Source: a virus
Taxonomy: Duplodnaviria; Heunggongvirae; Uroviricota; Caudoviricetes
DNA: 20,320 bases
Reading direction: 5' to 3' (one strand)
Virus record (IMG/VR): IMGVR_UViG_2565956608_000010
Location: 1 to 20,320 of that record
The notes beneath the pieces are model-generated. The model searched no databases. It was given only the letters and a program-made list of their open reading frames with translations, and was not told the DNA's origin. Positions 8,474-16,881 of this stretch are shown one piece after another. Within the stretch, counting starts at the first letter, position 1; every line of letters begins with the position of its first letter. The position numbers were made by a program, and so were the translations under genes.

Positions 8474-8495
8474 ATAATTACCTCGTTGGATGTTG

Positions 8496-8795
8496 TTAAA
8501 ATTCCATCTGGATTTGTTCAGAACGCTCGGTCTTGCACACCGGGCGTTTTTTATTGGTGAGTCCATCAAGTGCATACTTAAAAGCCCTGCTAATCGGACT
8601 GATGTCTGATGCCATTCCGAAAGCACACAAGACCGAAGCAATAAATCTCCAGTCCGTTCTGCTTATCTTCGATTCATGACAGCCAATCATCTTTGCCAGA
8701 CCGCGCTGGGTAAGCGTTGACAGGTTGATGAGTAAATCTGTTTCTGCGCGATCAACGTCGCGCTGGGATAGTTTGCTGTAACTTGTTTGTGTCAT
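8496..8795 (-). CDS. cII: CII-like transcriptional activator (99 aa)
   Basis: C-terminus TNKKRPVCKTERSEQIQMEF matches the lambda CII C-terminus (…TNKKRPAATERSEQIQMEF); position immediately downstream of cro. Confidence 0.85.
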   Translation of the reverse strand: MTQTSYSKLSQRDVDRAETDLLINLSTLTQRGLAKMIGCHESKISRTDWRFIASVLCAFGMASDISPISRAFKYALDGLTNKKRPVCKTERSEQIQMEF

Positions 8796-8880
8796 TTCTT
8801 AATATTTCCAATAGTGAATAGTTAGTTGAAAGGTATGCGTGGAAACGCATATGGCCTTAGTTGGTCAGATATATTGGGAC

Positions 8881-8926
8881 TCGCTTTGTCAGCGACGTAG
8901 GACGAATGTCCATTGTGAAAAGAGCG
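8881..8926 (-). promoter_or_regulatory. nutR-like site: boxA-like CGCTCTTTT and boxB hairpin UCGCU-GACAA-AGCGA
   Basis: Minus strand reads CGCTCTTTTC (8917..8926) just after the cro stop, then about 21 nt, then a 5-bp stem with GACAA pentaloop (8881..8895). Confidence 0.5.
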
Positions 8927-8933
8927 GTGTTAC

Positions 8934-9143
<210 letters not shown>

Positions 9144-9158
9144 TTAGTACATGCAACC

Positions 9159-9228
9159 ATTATCACCGCTAGAGGTAAAATAGTCAACACGCACGGTGTT
9201 AGATATTTATCCCTTGCGGTGATAGATT
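9159..9228. promoter_or_regulatory. Right operator OR1-OR2-OR3 with divergent promoters pR (minus strand, to cro) and pRM (plus strand, to cI)
   Basis: OR1 TATCACCGCTAGAGGTA 9161..9177; OR2 CAACACGCACGGTGTTA 9185..9201; OR3 TATCCCTTGCGGTGATA 9208..9224; pR -35 TTGACT (9187..9182) and -10 GATAAT (9164..9159) on the minus strand; pRM -35 TAGATA 9200..9205 and -10 TAGATT 9223..9228. Confidence 0.9.
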
Positions 9229-9231
9229 TAA

Positions 9232-9948
<717 letters not shown>

Positions 9949-10116
9949 TTGTGTGAAACAGGCTGCAGAAATGCAGTCTTTTTCGGTTATCGATGTCACC
10001 ACTGGTAAATCGTTTACCATAAGTCTTGATCTATTTGGTTTACCGTGTCACTCTTGGTGCACCACTTTACCAATGGTAAAACATTAACCAGCAATGACAT
10101 CGTTAACCAGGAGTTT

Positions 10117-11139
10117 ATGATGAAGAAATATGCTATATGGAACAACAAGGGAGGAACAGGGAAAACAAGCCTGTCATTTCAAGCTATTTGCAGATATGCA
10201 GAAATTCACCCGCTTGAGCGCGTGTTGGTTATTGATGTGTGCCCACAGGCAAACTTGTCAGAGCTTTTTCTTGGGGGGTTAATAGGTAATGGAAGCATAA
10301 ACTTATTGACTAGGCATGATATAAATAATAGATGTACTTTGGGTGGCTACTTCCAAATGCGCCTCCCGACGCCTTATCAAAAACCCATTGTTGATGCCCA
10401 CGATTATTTGACACACCCAAAAAAATTCAACGAACATATTCCAGCCAATATATCGTTGGTATGCGGTGACCCGCTTCTTGAGCTTCAAGCAAACGCCATC
10501 AACACTCTTGCTAATCAGCAGATTCCAGGAACAAATGCATGGGTAAGCATCATTGATTGGATTAATGATCTTATTAAAGATCTAAATGATGAGTACGATG
10601 TTTTATTTATTGACTGTAATCCTAGTTTTTCAATTTATACTCAAATAGCATTAGCTGCTGTAGAAAAGCTCATCTTGCCAGTTATGGCTGATGATTCCTC
10701 TCGTCGCGCCATTCAAAATGCTTTCTCTTTGATTTATGGATTAAAGTTGCCATCTGATATTTATGCATCCTACGCATTTGCAAACAAACTTACCGCGGTG
10801 AGCAGACCACTACCCAAAGTTCATATGATCGCAAAAAACCGTCTTACACAGTATATGGGGCCTGCATCAGCCTATGCCGCAGTTCTAAAATCAATCGATA
10901 ATGATATTCAGCAACTATTACTAAGTAACCCTGAAATTTTCGACTTCGAAAATATTGAAGAGGGAGTGGTAAATATTAAAGATTTTCAGACAACTGGTGT
11001 TGTTGCCTTTGCTAAAGGATGTCCATTTTCGATCCTACCAACAGGTAGTGTACGAGTTATGAACAGAAGGGTAAAAGTTAATGCCCCATATAAACAATCT
11101 TGCTTAGAAGCCATTGATAGGATGGTGGTTAAACTATAA
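10117..11139 (+). CDS. ParA/MinD-like P-loop ATPase (340 aa from MMKKYAIWNNKGGTGKTS) in the rexAB position; function unknown, candidate exclusion/defence gene
   Basis: Deviant Walker A KGGTGKTS near the N-terminus, ParA-type motif VLVIDVCPQANLS and later VLFIDCNPS; RBS AGGAG 4 nt upstream of ATGATG at 10117; AT-rich by eye; flanked by the cI terminus and a terminator before OL. Confidence 0.7.
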   Translation: MMKKYAIWNNKGGTGKTSLSFQAICRYAEIHPLERVLVIDVCPQANLSELFLGGLIGNGSINLLTRHDINNRCTLGGYFQMRLPTPYQKPIVDAHDYLTHPKKFNEHIPANISLVCGDPLLELQANAINTLANQQIPGTNAWVSIIDWINDLIKDLNDEYDVLFIDCNPSFSIYTQIALAAVEKLILPVMADDSSRRAIQNAFSLIYGLKLPSDIYASYAFANKLTAVSRPLPKVHMIAKNRLTQYMGPASAYAAVLKSIDNDIQQLLLSNPEIFDFENIEEGVVNIKDFQTTGVVAFAKGCPFSILPTGSVRVMNRRVKVNAPYKQSCLEAIDRMVVKL

Positions 11140-11147
11140 ATCAACCA

Positions 11148-11174
11148 ACCCGGCCCCAGTGCCGGGTTTTCTTT
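11148..11174 (+). terminator. Rho-independent terminator after the ParA-like gene
   Basis: ACCCGGC-CCCAGT-GCCGGGT stem-loop followed by TTTCTTTG. Confidence 0.6.
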
Positions 11175-11331
11175 GCCTCACGATCCCCTTCACCCAATAA
11201 CACATAACCAATTGTATTTATTTGAAAATTAATAGATACAACTCACTAAACATCGCAATTCAGATCTCTCGATCACCTCCCAAGCCACACACCCCTGCAA
11301 AAAAATAAATCTATATAAAAAACATACAGAT

Positions 11332-11394
11332 AACCATCTGCGGTGATAAATTATCTCTGGCGGTGTTGACATAAATACCACTGGCGGTGATACT
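11332..11394 (+). promoter_or_regulatory. Left operator OL3-OL2-OL1 with promoter pL
   Basis: OL3 AACCATCTGCGGTGATA 11332..11348; OL2 TATCTCTGGCGGTGTTG 11352..11368; OL1 TACCACTGGCGGTGATA 11376..11392; pL -35 TTGACA 11366..11371, 17-bp spacer, -10 GATACT 11389..11394; matches lambda OL/pL as recalled. Confidence 0.9.
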
Positions 11395-11462
11395 AAACAC
11401 ATCAGCAGGACGCACTACTCACCAGGGCGGTGAATATACAACGATTCGAATATGAATCTACG

Positions 11463-11477
11463 GCGCTGACAAAGCGC
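11463..11477 (+). promoter_or_regulatory. nutL boxB-like hairpin GCGCU-GACAA-AGCGC in the N leader
   Basis: 5-bp stem with GACAA pentaloop about 65 nt downstream of pL; same loop as the nutR hairpin; no clear boxA identified upstream. Confidence 0.5.
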
Positions 11478-11642
11478 AATAACCAAAGTGAACTTTGGGG
11501 TGTGGTGAAGGGTTCATGGACGGGAATATGTCGCACGTAAAGCGGCGAGGCCTGCAGGACTATTGCCGAATTGAAGTAGGCCGAAACAGGTCGAAATGGG
11601 TCTCCCACCTACCACACCACCAAAGTTCATCAGGAGGTCTAT

Positions 11643-12026
11643 ATGACACGCAGAACTCAGTTCAAAGGCAATTCACGTTCTCGTCGTCGTGAGCGTTTAA
11701 AGGCAAAGGCATTAGCTAACGGCGTGCTGGCCCGCGAAGAAGCAATAAGTTCAGAAGTATTACACCGCCCTACTCTAAGCAGAGCGCAGATTCAGGCTAA
11801 AGGTACTCACGAAACGCCTGAGCGCATAGAAGACGCTAAGCCAATTAAGTTCATGGCACAGGACGTGATCTGGCAACAGAAAGAATACAGACGCAATCTG
11901 GAGCGAGCGGCCATTGTGTACGCGAATGAGTTTGGACATAAGCAACCAGAAACTGGTGTATGTCTTCCAAACGTAGCCATTTACGCGGCAGGCTACCGGA
12001 AATCCAAACAACTGACGGCGAGGTGA
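11643..12026 (+). CDS. N: N-like transcription antiterminator (127 aa, arginine-rich N-terminal motif)
   Basis: First gene of the pL operon after a ~240-nt structured leader; Arg-rich motif TRRTQFKGNSRSRRRERLKAKALA; RBS AGGAGG before the ATG; not lambda N by sequence but the same position and features. Confidence 0.75.
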   Translation: MTRRTQFKGNSRSRRRERLKAKALANGVLAREEAISSEVLHRPTLSRAQIQAKGTHETPERIEDAKPIKFMAQDVIWQQKEYRRNLERAAIVYANEFGHKQPETGVCLPNVAIYAAGYRKSKQLTAR

Positions 12027-12047
12027 CGATCCCCCGCCGTCGAGGAA

Positions 12048-12587
12048 CTAAATTAGCTCATCAGCTTTACCAGCAAAGCGCATATAACACTCATGGAACC
12101 AGACGTCAGGTATAACAAATTTCTCTCTACCTGACGCGCTGTAAGTCACACCTGAGCGATGGAGAAGGCCTTTTCTCATAAGAGATAAAGCGACCGGATC
12201 GCCGTGCTTAAGTACGATTTTGTTATTTGCCATAACAGCAAATGCTAAAACCTCTTTTTCCTGAATACTCAGAGAATTGAACAGGCGCTCAGTCTCCACA
12301 ATTACTTTAGCCTCATCTCTCTTACTGAGATATTTTTTATATCTGTCTGAAGATGCCAGAAATATAAACTCCATCACCCTGTTCAGAACATAACTGATAC
12401 ACAAAAGCATTGCGTAATACATCCAGTGATCTGGAAGTATTTCTGGGTTCCTTATATCTACCCACTCTTTAATTGATGCGGGGGTGATTATTATCAAGGC
12501 AATTAAAATAATAAGCATATGAATTAACTGTTGTAGCGTAAGACCACGCAGGAAGAAACGTAATAGTTCCTGCCACCAGTTACTCAT
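12048..12587 (-). CDS. SieB-like superinfection exclusion membrane protein (179 aa)
   Basis: Convergent, tail-to-tail with N as I recall lambda sieB being; hydrophobic helix LIHMLIILIALIIITPASI; assignment by position and topology, not by recognised sequence identity. Confidence 0.45.
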   Translation of the reverse strand: MSNWWQELLRFFLRGLTLQQLIHMLIILIALIIITPASIKEWVDIRNPEILPDHWMYYAMLLCISYVLNRVMEFIFLASSDRYKKYLSKRDEAKVIVETERLFNSLSIQEKEVLAFAVMANNKIVLKHGDPVALSLMRKGLLHRSGVTYSASGREKFVIPDVWFHECYMRFAGKADELI

Positions 12588-12797
12588 CGGTGAATCTCCA
12601 TCATTCTCTCTGTAGGGGGTGAATAGAGTTTATCCGATTTCTCGCTGTAGGGGTACACGAGAACCACCGAGCCTGATGTGGTTAAAAGACAGGCACAATC
12701 TTTACTACCGCAAGCCACGCAGTGAAATGGGTGTGACTTGTGTTGGTCGCCAGAAAATGAAATTAGGCAGCAAACCACTTATTTGAGAGGAATTAAT

Positions 12798-13421
12798 ATG
12801 TCATCAATCCGCTTAACTACGAGAATGAAAGAGGAAATCGCTCGTAACGCTTTAATTAAGTCCGGGGTGTTCACTGAACTTGAAGAAGTAACAAAGTTAA
12901 AGAACCAGCTTGCACTTGACGCCAGAGTTATTGCGTTTGGCGGGAAAAAGAAAACCGAAGAAGTGGACCAGCTGGCATCAAAGTTAATGGCTGCAAGTGA
13001 GGAACTTCAAAAGCTGGGATGTTCATTTTACTCATGCGATGTCAGTTCATGTTCGATTTATCTGACTGTATCTGGAAGAAGGGTTGGCTGGCATTCATAC
13101 GGAAAAGACGGCAACGGTGAAGATATATTGCTCCCTACCCCCGACAAAGATAAATGCATGTTTGACGCAGAACACAAAATAACAAAAAGGTTTGATGAAA
13201 TCTGCGCATTGCAACAAAAACTTGAAGCCAGGAAAAAGGATATAGAATCAAACGTATGGGCTGCTTTGAACTCAGTCACAACAGTTAAGCGACTTATTGA
13301 AGTTTGGCCTGAAAGCAAAGAGTTGCTACCAAAAGAAGCAGATAAAGCAAGTGCAGCACTTCCTGCTTTACGGGTAGAAGATTTGAATAAGATGATTGGA
13401 CTTCCTTCCGAGGCCGCATAA
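12798..13421 (+). CDS. hypothetical protein (207 aa from MSSIRLTTRMKEEIA), coiled-coil-rich; occupies the ral/ea10 region of the pL operon
   Basis: Internal Met of the track ORF preceded by RBS GAGAGGA; followed by a terminator hairpin; no family recognised. Confidence 0.6.
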   Translation: MSSIRLTTRMKEEIARNALIKSGVFTELEEVTKLKNQLALDARVIAFGGKKKTEEVDQLASKLMAASEELQKLGCSFYSCDVSSCSIYLTVSGRRVGWHSYGKDGNGEDILLPTPDKDKCMFDAEHKITKRFDEICALQQKLEARKKDIESNVWAALNSVTTVKRLIEVWPESKELLPKEADKASAALPALRVEDLNKMIGLPSEAA

Positions 13422-13436
13422 TCGGCCTTTATTTTT
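13412..13436 (+). terminator. Rho-independent terminator-like hairpin at the end of the 207-aa gene
   Basis: GGCCG-CATAAT-CGGCC followed by TTTATTTTTGG; the stop codon lies in the loop. Confidence 0.5.
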
Positions 13437-13645
13437 GGCATAAACAACAGAATAAACACTGCACTGTGTATTCATTCCAACGAGTGAATACACGGAGCAA
13501 TGTCGCTCGTAACTAAACAGGAGCCGACTTGTTCTGATTATTGGAAATCTTCTTTGCCCTCCAATGTGATGGCTTTTTTATATGCATACCAATAACGCTT
13601 AACTAGAGGCGTTTTCGTTATGCAATCAAACAGAAGGAGCATCCT

Positions 13646-13816
13646 ATGCAACAGTTCGCTATTGCAGGGGCGGCATCGGTTCGCCCTTTCAACCCGATTT
13701 TATCGGTACAGCATTCACGAAAAAATATTTTAACCGGAGCAGACTTTAAACAACCAAGAATGAAAAGTTTGCTCGAAAAGCTTTGGGATATTTTGAAACA
13801 ACAAGGCCGCCCATGA
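13646..13816 (+). CDS. cIII: CIII-like protein (56 aa)
   Basis: Manual translation MQQFAIAGAASVRPFNPILSVQHSRKNILTGADFKQPRMKSLLEKLWDILKQQGRP; resembles lambda CIII (MQYAIAG..., ...LIDILNQPG); RBS AGGAG before the ATG; below the length cut-off of the ORF track. Confidence 0.7.
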   Translation: MQQFAIAGAASVRPFNPILSVQHSRKNILTGADFKQPRMKSLLEKLWDILKQQGRP

Positions 13817-13971
13817 GTTTTACAGATAACTGGTCAGACGAAGAATTCATTCGTCAGATGAAAGAATTAATCGGTAACGAAGGAGATATTCATGTCACTT
13901 GCAACCACAGTGAAGGAGAGCAAGTTACAGAGGCGCATGTACACGCAGAAAGCTCTCTGGTATCGCCATAA
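13813..13971 (+). CDS. small protein in the kil position (52 aa), function unknown
   Basis: ATG overlaps the cIII stop (ATGA); MSFTDNWSDEEFIRQMKELIGNEGDIHVTCNHSEGEQVTEAHVHAESSLVSP; assigned by position only. Confidence 0.4.
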   Translation: MSFTDNWSDEEFIRQMKELIGNEGDIHVTCNHSEGEQVTEAHVHAESSLVSP

Positions 13972-14070
13972 TGGTGACCGCGAAGGAATGCGGGTATGCC
14001 TTAATTTGTCCAGAGTCGAAGTATTAAATCAGCGTTATTTCCTTGGTCCATGTCCATTCTGAGGTGAATT

Positions 14071-14778
14071 ATGGATTTAAATAAATTCGATGAGCCATTC
14101 AGCCCTGAAGATATTGAATGGCGAATACAGCAAAGCGGTAAAACACGCGATGGCAAGGTGCGGGCTATGGTGCTGGCTTATGTCACGAACCGGGCAATCA
14201 TGAAACGCCTGGACGATGTTTGCGGCAAAGCAGGATGGCGCAATGAATACCGCGATATTCCCAACAACGGCGGCGTTGAATGCGGCATATCAATAAAGAT
14301 TGATTCCGAATGGGTAACCAAATGGGATGCTGCTGAAAACACGCAGGTAGAAGCCGTCAAAGGTGGTCGTTCCGGTGCAATGAAGCGTGCTGCCGTTCAG
14401 TGGGGAATCGGTCGGTATCTGTATAACCTTGAGGGAGGTTTCGCACAAACATCTCTCGATAAAAAGCAGGGGTGGCACAGGGCAAAACTGAAGGATGGAA
14501 CAGGATTTTACTGGCTCCCTCCATCGCTGCCGGGATGGGCAATCCCAGCATCAGATAACAAACCATCACCAGAAAATACCAACCAGAAATCTCTATCGGT
14601 TGACTGCGAACGAATCCTGAAAGACTTCAGCGATTATGCTTCGACAGAAACTGACAAGAAAAAACTCATCGAACGTTATCAGCATGACTGGCAATTAATG
14701 GCTGGCAATGAGGATGCGCAGGCTAAATGCGTTCAGGTAATGAACATCAGAGTTAACGAACTAAAACAGGCGGCATAA
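14071..14778 (+). CDS. single-strand annealing protein, probably Rad52/Sak-like family (235 aa)
   Basis: Segment GGRSGAMKRAAVQWGIGRYLYNL resembles the conserved Rad52-family segment; RBS GAGGTG; directly followed by ssb and an exonuclease; not similar to lambda Bet or RecT as recalled. Confidence 0.6.
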   Translation: MDLNKFDEPFSPEDIEWRIQQSGKTRDGKVRAMVLAYVTNRAIMKRLDDVCGKAGWRNEYRDIPNNGGVECGISIKIDSEWVTKWDAAENTQVEAVKGGRSGAMKRAAVQWGIGRYLYNLEGGFAQTSLDKKQGWHRAKLKDGTGFYWLPPSLPGWAIPASDNKPSPENTNQKSLSVDCERILKDFSDYASTETDKKKLIERYQHDWQLMAGNEDAQAKCVQVMNIRVNELKQAA

Positions 14779-15294
14779 ATGGCAAGCAGAGGCGTAAATA
14801 AGGTGATCATTATTGGTCGCCTTGGGCATGATCCAGAAATCAGATATTCGCCATCAGGAACGGCATTTGCAAACCTTACAGTTGCTACGTCAGAACAATG
14901 GCGTGATAAGCAAACTGGAGAGCAAAAGGAGCAGACGGAGTGGCACCGTGTGGTAATGAGCGGGAAACTGGCAGAAATTGCCAGCGAATATCTGCGAAAA
15001 GGCTCTGAGGTTTATCTTGAAGGCAAATTGCGGACAAGAAAATGGCAGGATCAAAGCGGACAGGATCGGTTCACTACCGAAGTTATCGTGGGCGTTGGTG
15101 GAACCATGCAAATGCTTGGTGGCAAGCAAGGAAGCAATGAACAGTCTTCACCTCAGCGAAATAACGGCCAGCAACAAAGACAGCAATCTCAGCAGCAGGG
15201 GAATCACAGCGAACCACCTATGGATTTTGACGACGATATACCCTTTGCGCCAGTAACTCTCCCCTTCCCTCGTCACGCTATTCACGCAATTTAA
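14779..15294 (+). CDS. ssb: single-stranded DNA-binding protein SSB with a 15-aa extension past the DDDIPF motif (171 aa)
   Basis: Strong similarity to E. coli SSB (MASRGVNKV...TEWHRVV...[15 protein letters not shown]...[12 protein letters not shown]...[11 protein letters not shown]); the ORF continues [15 protein letters not shown] before the stop. Confidence 0.9.
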   Translation: MASRGVNKVIIIGRLGHDPEIRYSPSGTAFANLTVATSEQWRDKQTGEQKEQTEWHRVVMSGKLAEIASEYLRKGSEVYLEGKLRTRKWQDQSGQDRFTTEVIVGVGGTMQMLGGKQGSNEQSSPQRNNGQQQRQQSQQQGNHSEPPMDFDDDIPFAPVTLPFPRHAIHAI

Positions 15295-15302
15295 GGACTT
15301 AC

Positions 15303-15851
15303 ATGAATCACTTAATGGTTGACCTTGAAACAATGGGCAACGGGCCATACGCGCCAGTTATTTCTATTGGGGCGGTATTCTTTGACCCGAATACCGGAGA
15401 AACAGGAGAAGAGTTCTCGGTAAATATCTCGCTTGAGTCATCAATGCGATATCGGGCGCGTCCTGACGCTTCAACGATTTTATGGTGGCTGGAACAGAGT
15501 GAAGAAGCCAGAAAATCGCTAACCAGCAACACTCAGGAGCTTTCAACGGCTCTTTCATGGTTATCTGAATTCATCATAAAGAACGCTAACCACAAATTCG
15601 TTCAGGTTTGGGGGAATGGAGCATCATTTGACTGCGTTATTCTCCGCAACAGTTATTCGCTGACAGGGCAGCCAGTTCCGTGGCAGTGGTGGAATGACCG
15701 CGACGTAAGAACAATCGTCGAACTTGGGAAGGTAATAGGATTCAACCCTAAGCGAGATATGCCATTCAAAGGAACTCGCCACAACGCGCTTGATGATGCC
15801 ATTCACCAAGCCAAATACGTTTCAGCGATCTGGAAAAAGTTAGCTAAATAA
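15303..15851 (+). CDS. DEDDh-type 3'-5' exonuclease (182 aa)
   Basis: Exo motifs VDLETMG (Exo I), WGNGASFD (Exo II) and HNALDDAIHQA (Exo III with His); RBS AAGGA before the ATG. Confidence 0.8.
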   Translation: MNHLMVDLETMGNGPYAPVISIGAVFFDPNTGETGEEFSVNISLESSMRYRARPDASTILWWLEQSEEARKSLTSNTQELSTALSWLSEFIIKNANHKFVQVWGNGASFDCVILRNSYSLTGQPVPWQWWNDRDVRTIVELGKVIGFNPKRDMPFKGTRHNALDDAIHQAKYVSAIWKKLAK

Positions 15852-15867
15852 TCAACAGGAGAAAACC

Positions 15868-16164
15868 ATGCCAGCGCCTCTGTATGGTGCGGATGACGCG
15901 CGCCGCTGTTCCGGCAATTCCGTATCGGAGGTGCTGGATAAGTTCAGAAAAAACTACGATCGGATAATGTCGCTACCGCAGGAAACGAAAGAGGAAAAGG
16001 AATTTCGCCACTGTATATGGCTTGCAGAGAAAGAAGAACGAGAGCGAATTTACCAGACATCAATCCGACCATTCCGCAAAGCCACATATACCCACTTCCC
16101 TGAACATATCGACCCGCGCCTGCGTAATTACCGCTCACGTTATGGTGCTATCAGTAATGACTGA
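15868..16164 (+). CDS. hypothetical protein (98 aa)
   Basis: ORF with RBS AGGAG 7 nt upstream of the ATG; no family recognised. Confidence 0.55.
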   Translation: MPAPLYGADDARRCSGNSVSEVLDKFRKNYDRIMSLPQETKEEKEFRHCIWLAEKEERERIYQTSIRPFRKATYTHFPEHIDPRLRNYRSRYGAISND

Positions 16165-16174
16165 GGAATTTACC

Positions 16175-16339
16175 ATGAGAGGACTTGCATACAATCCCGG
16201 CATTCTTCCGGCAGAAATGATTATTCGCCAACGCGTAAAGCCAATGCCATCGAGAGAGGAATTGCTTAAGAGAAATTCTTTTCCGTCAGTGAATCAAAAC
16301 AAATATCTGAATGCGATGTTGCGGAGTGGGAAGAAATGA
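16175..16339 (+). CDS. small hypothetical protein (54 aa)
   Basis: Internal Met of the track ORF 16022..16339 with RBS GAGG before the ATG; stop overlaps the next ATG (ATGA). Confidence 0.4.
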   Translation: MRGLAYNPGILPAEMIIRQRVKPMPSREELLKRNSFPSVNQNKYLNAMLRSGKK

Positions 16340-16881
16340 AACAAATGTCACTAATTGAGATGGATGGATTCCTGAAAGGTAAATGCATCCCAAGCGATTT
16401 AAAGGTTAACGAAACAAACGCTGAATATCTGGTGCGTAAATTTGCTGAAGCGGAGGCCAAGTGCGCGGCGCTGGCGGCGGAGAGTGCGCTGGCTCGTAAG
16501 GCAGTTCAGGCATTCTGCGATGTTGTTGGCGACAACACTGAGATTATCTCCGAGTTGGTTGGGCAAGATGGCGTTCTGGTTATTTTGAAGGCCATGAAGG
16601 CAACAGGAAATATGTCAGCCACCGACGCTTTCCTGGCTGAAATACGTGCGGAGGCACGCAACGAGGGGATTAACTACACCGCAAGCCGTCTTGCTGCTGC
16701 GTTCAATCACGGATTTATCAATAAGTCTTTGCGTGAAGTTTTCGACGTTACACGCATGATTTTGTCAGCGAAAGAAGAGTTGGCTAATGAACCGCATCCG
16801 ATTGATGGCCTGTCCGGTGAATATGCGGAGAAATCCCTTGAAGAATGGGCGGAACAGATTCGCAAAGGAGGCAACCAGTGA
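16336..16881 (+). CDS. hypothetical protein (181 aa)
   Basis: ORF translationally coupled to neighbours on both sides; no family recognised. Confidence 0.6.
   Translation: MKQMSLIEMDGFLKGKCIPSDLKVNETNAEYLVRKFAEAEAKCAALAAESALARKAVQAFCDVVGDNTEIISELVGQDGVLVILKAMKATGNMSATDAFLAEIRAEARNEGINYTASRLAAAFNHGFINKSLREVFDVTRMILSAKEELANEPHPIDGLSGEYAEKSLEEWAEQIRKGGNQ

Noticed and set aside
8330-8641. 103-aa minus-strand ORF as annotated by the track
   Set aside because: Its N-terminal two-thirds overlaps the well-supported cII gene in another frame; only the C-terminal 47 codons with their own RBS were kept, at low confidence.
11495-11692. 65-aa plus-strand ORF within the N leader and overlapping the N start
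   Set aside because: Lies in the structured leader where nutL and processing elements are expected, has no convincing RBS and is out of frame with N.
12584-12778. 64-aa Cys-containing ORF upstream of the sieB-like gene (GTG start)
   Set aside because: Non-ATG start without a clear RBS, overlaps the likely promoter/RBS region of the divergent 207-aa gene; could be a real small zinc-ribbon protein but evidence is insufficient.
13971-14027. 18-codon ORF (MVTAKECGYALICPESKY) overlapping the stop of the kil-position ORF
   Set aside because: Too short to support without conservation data; likely intergenic.
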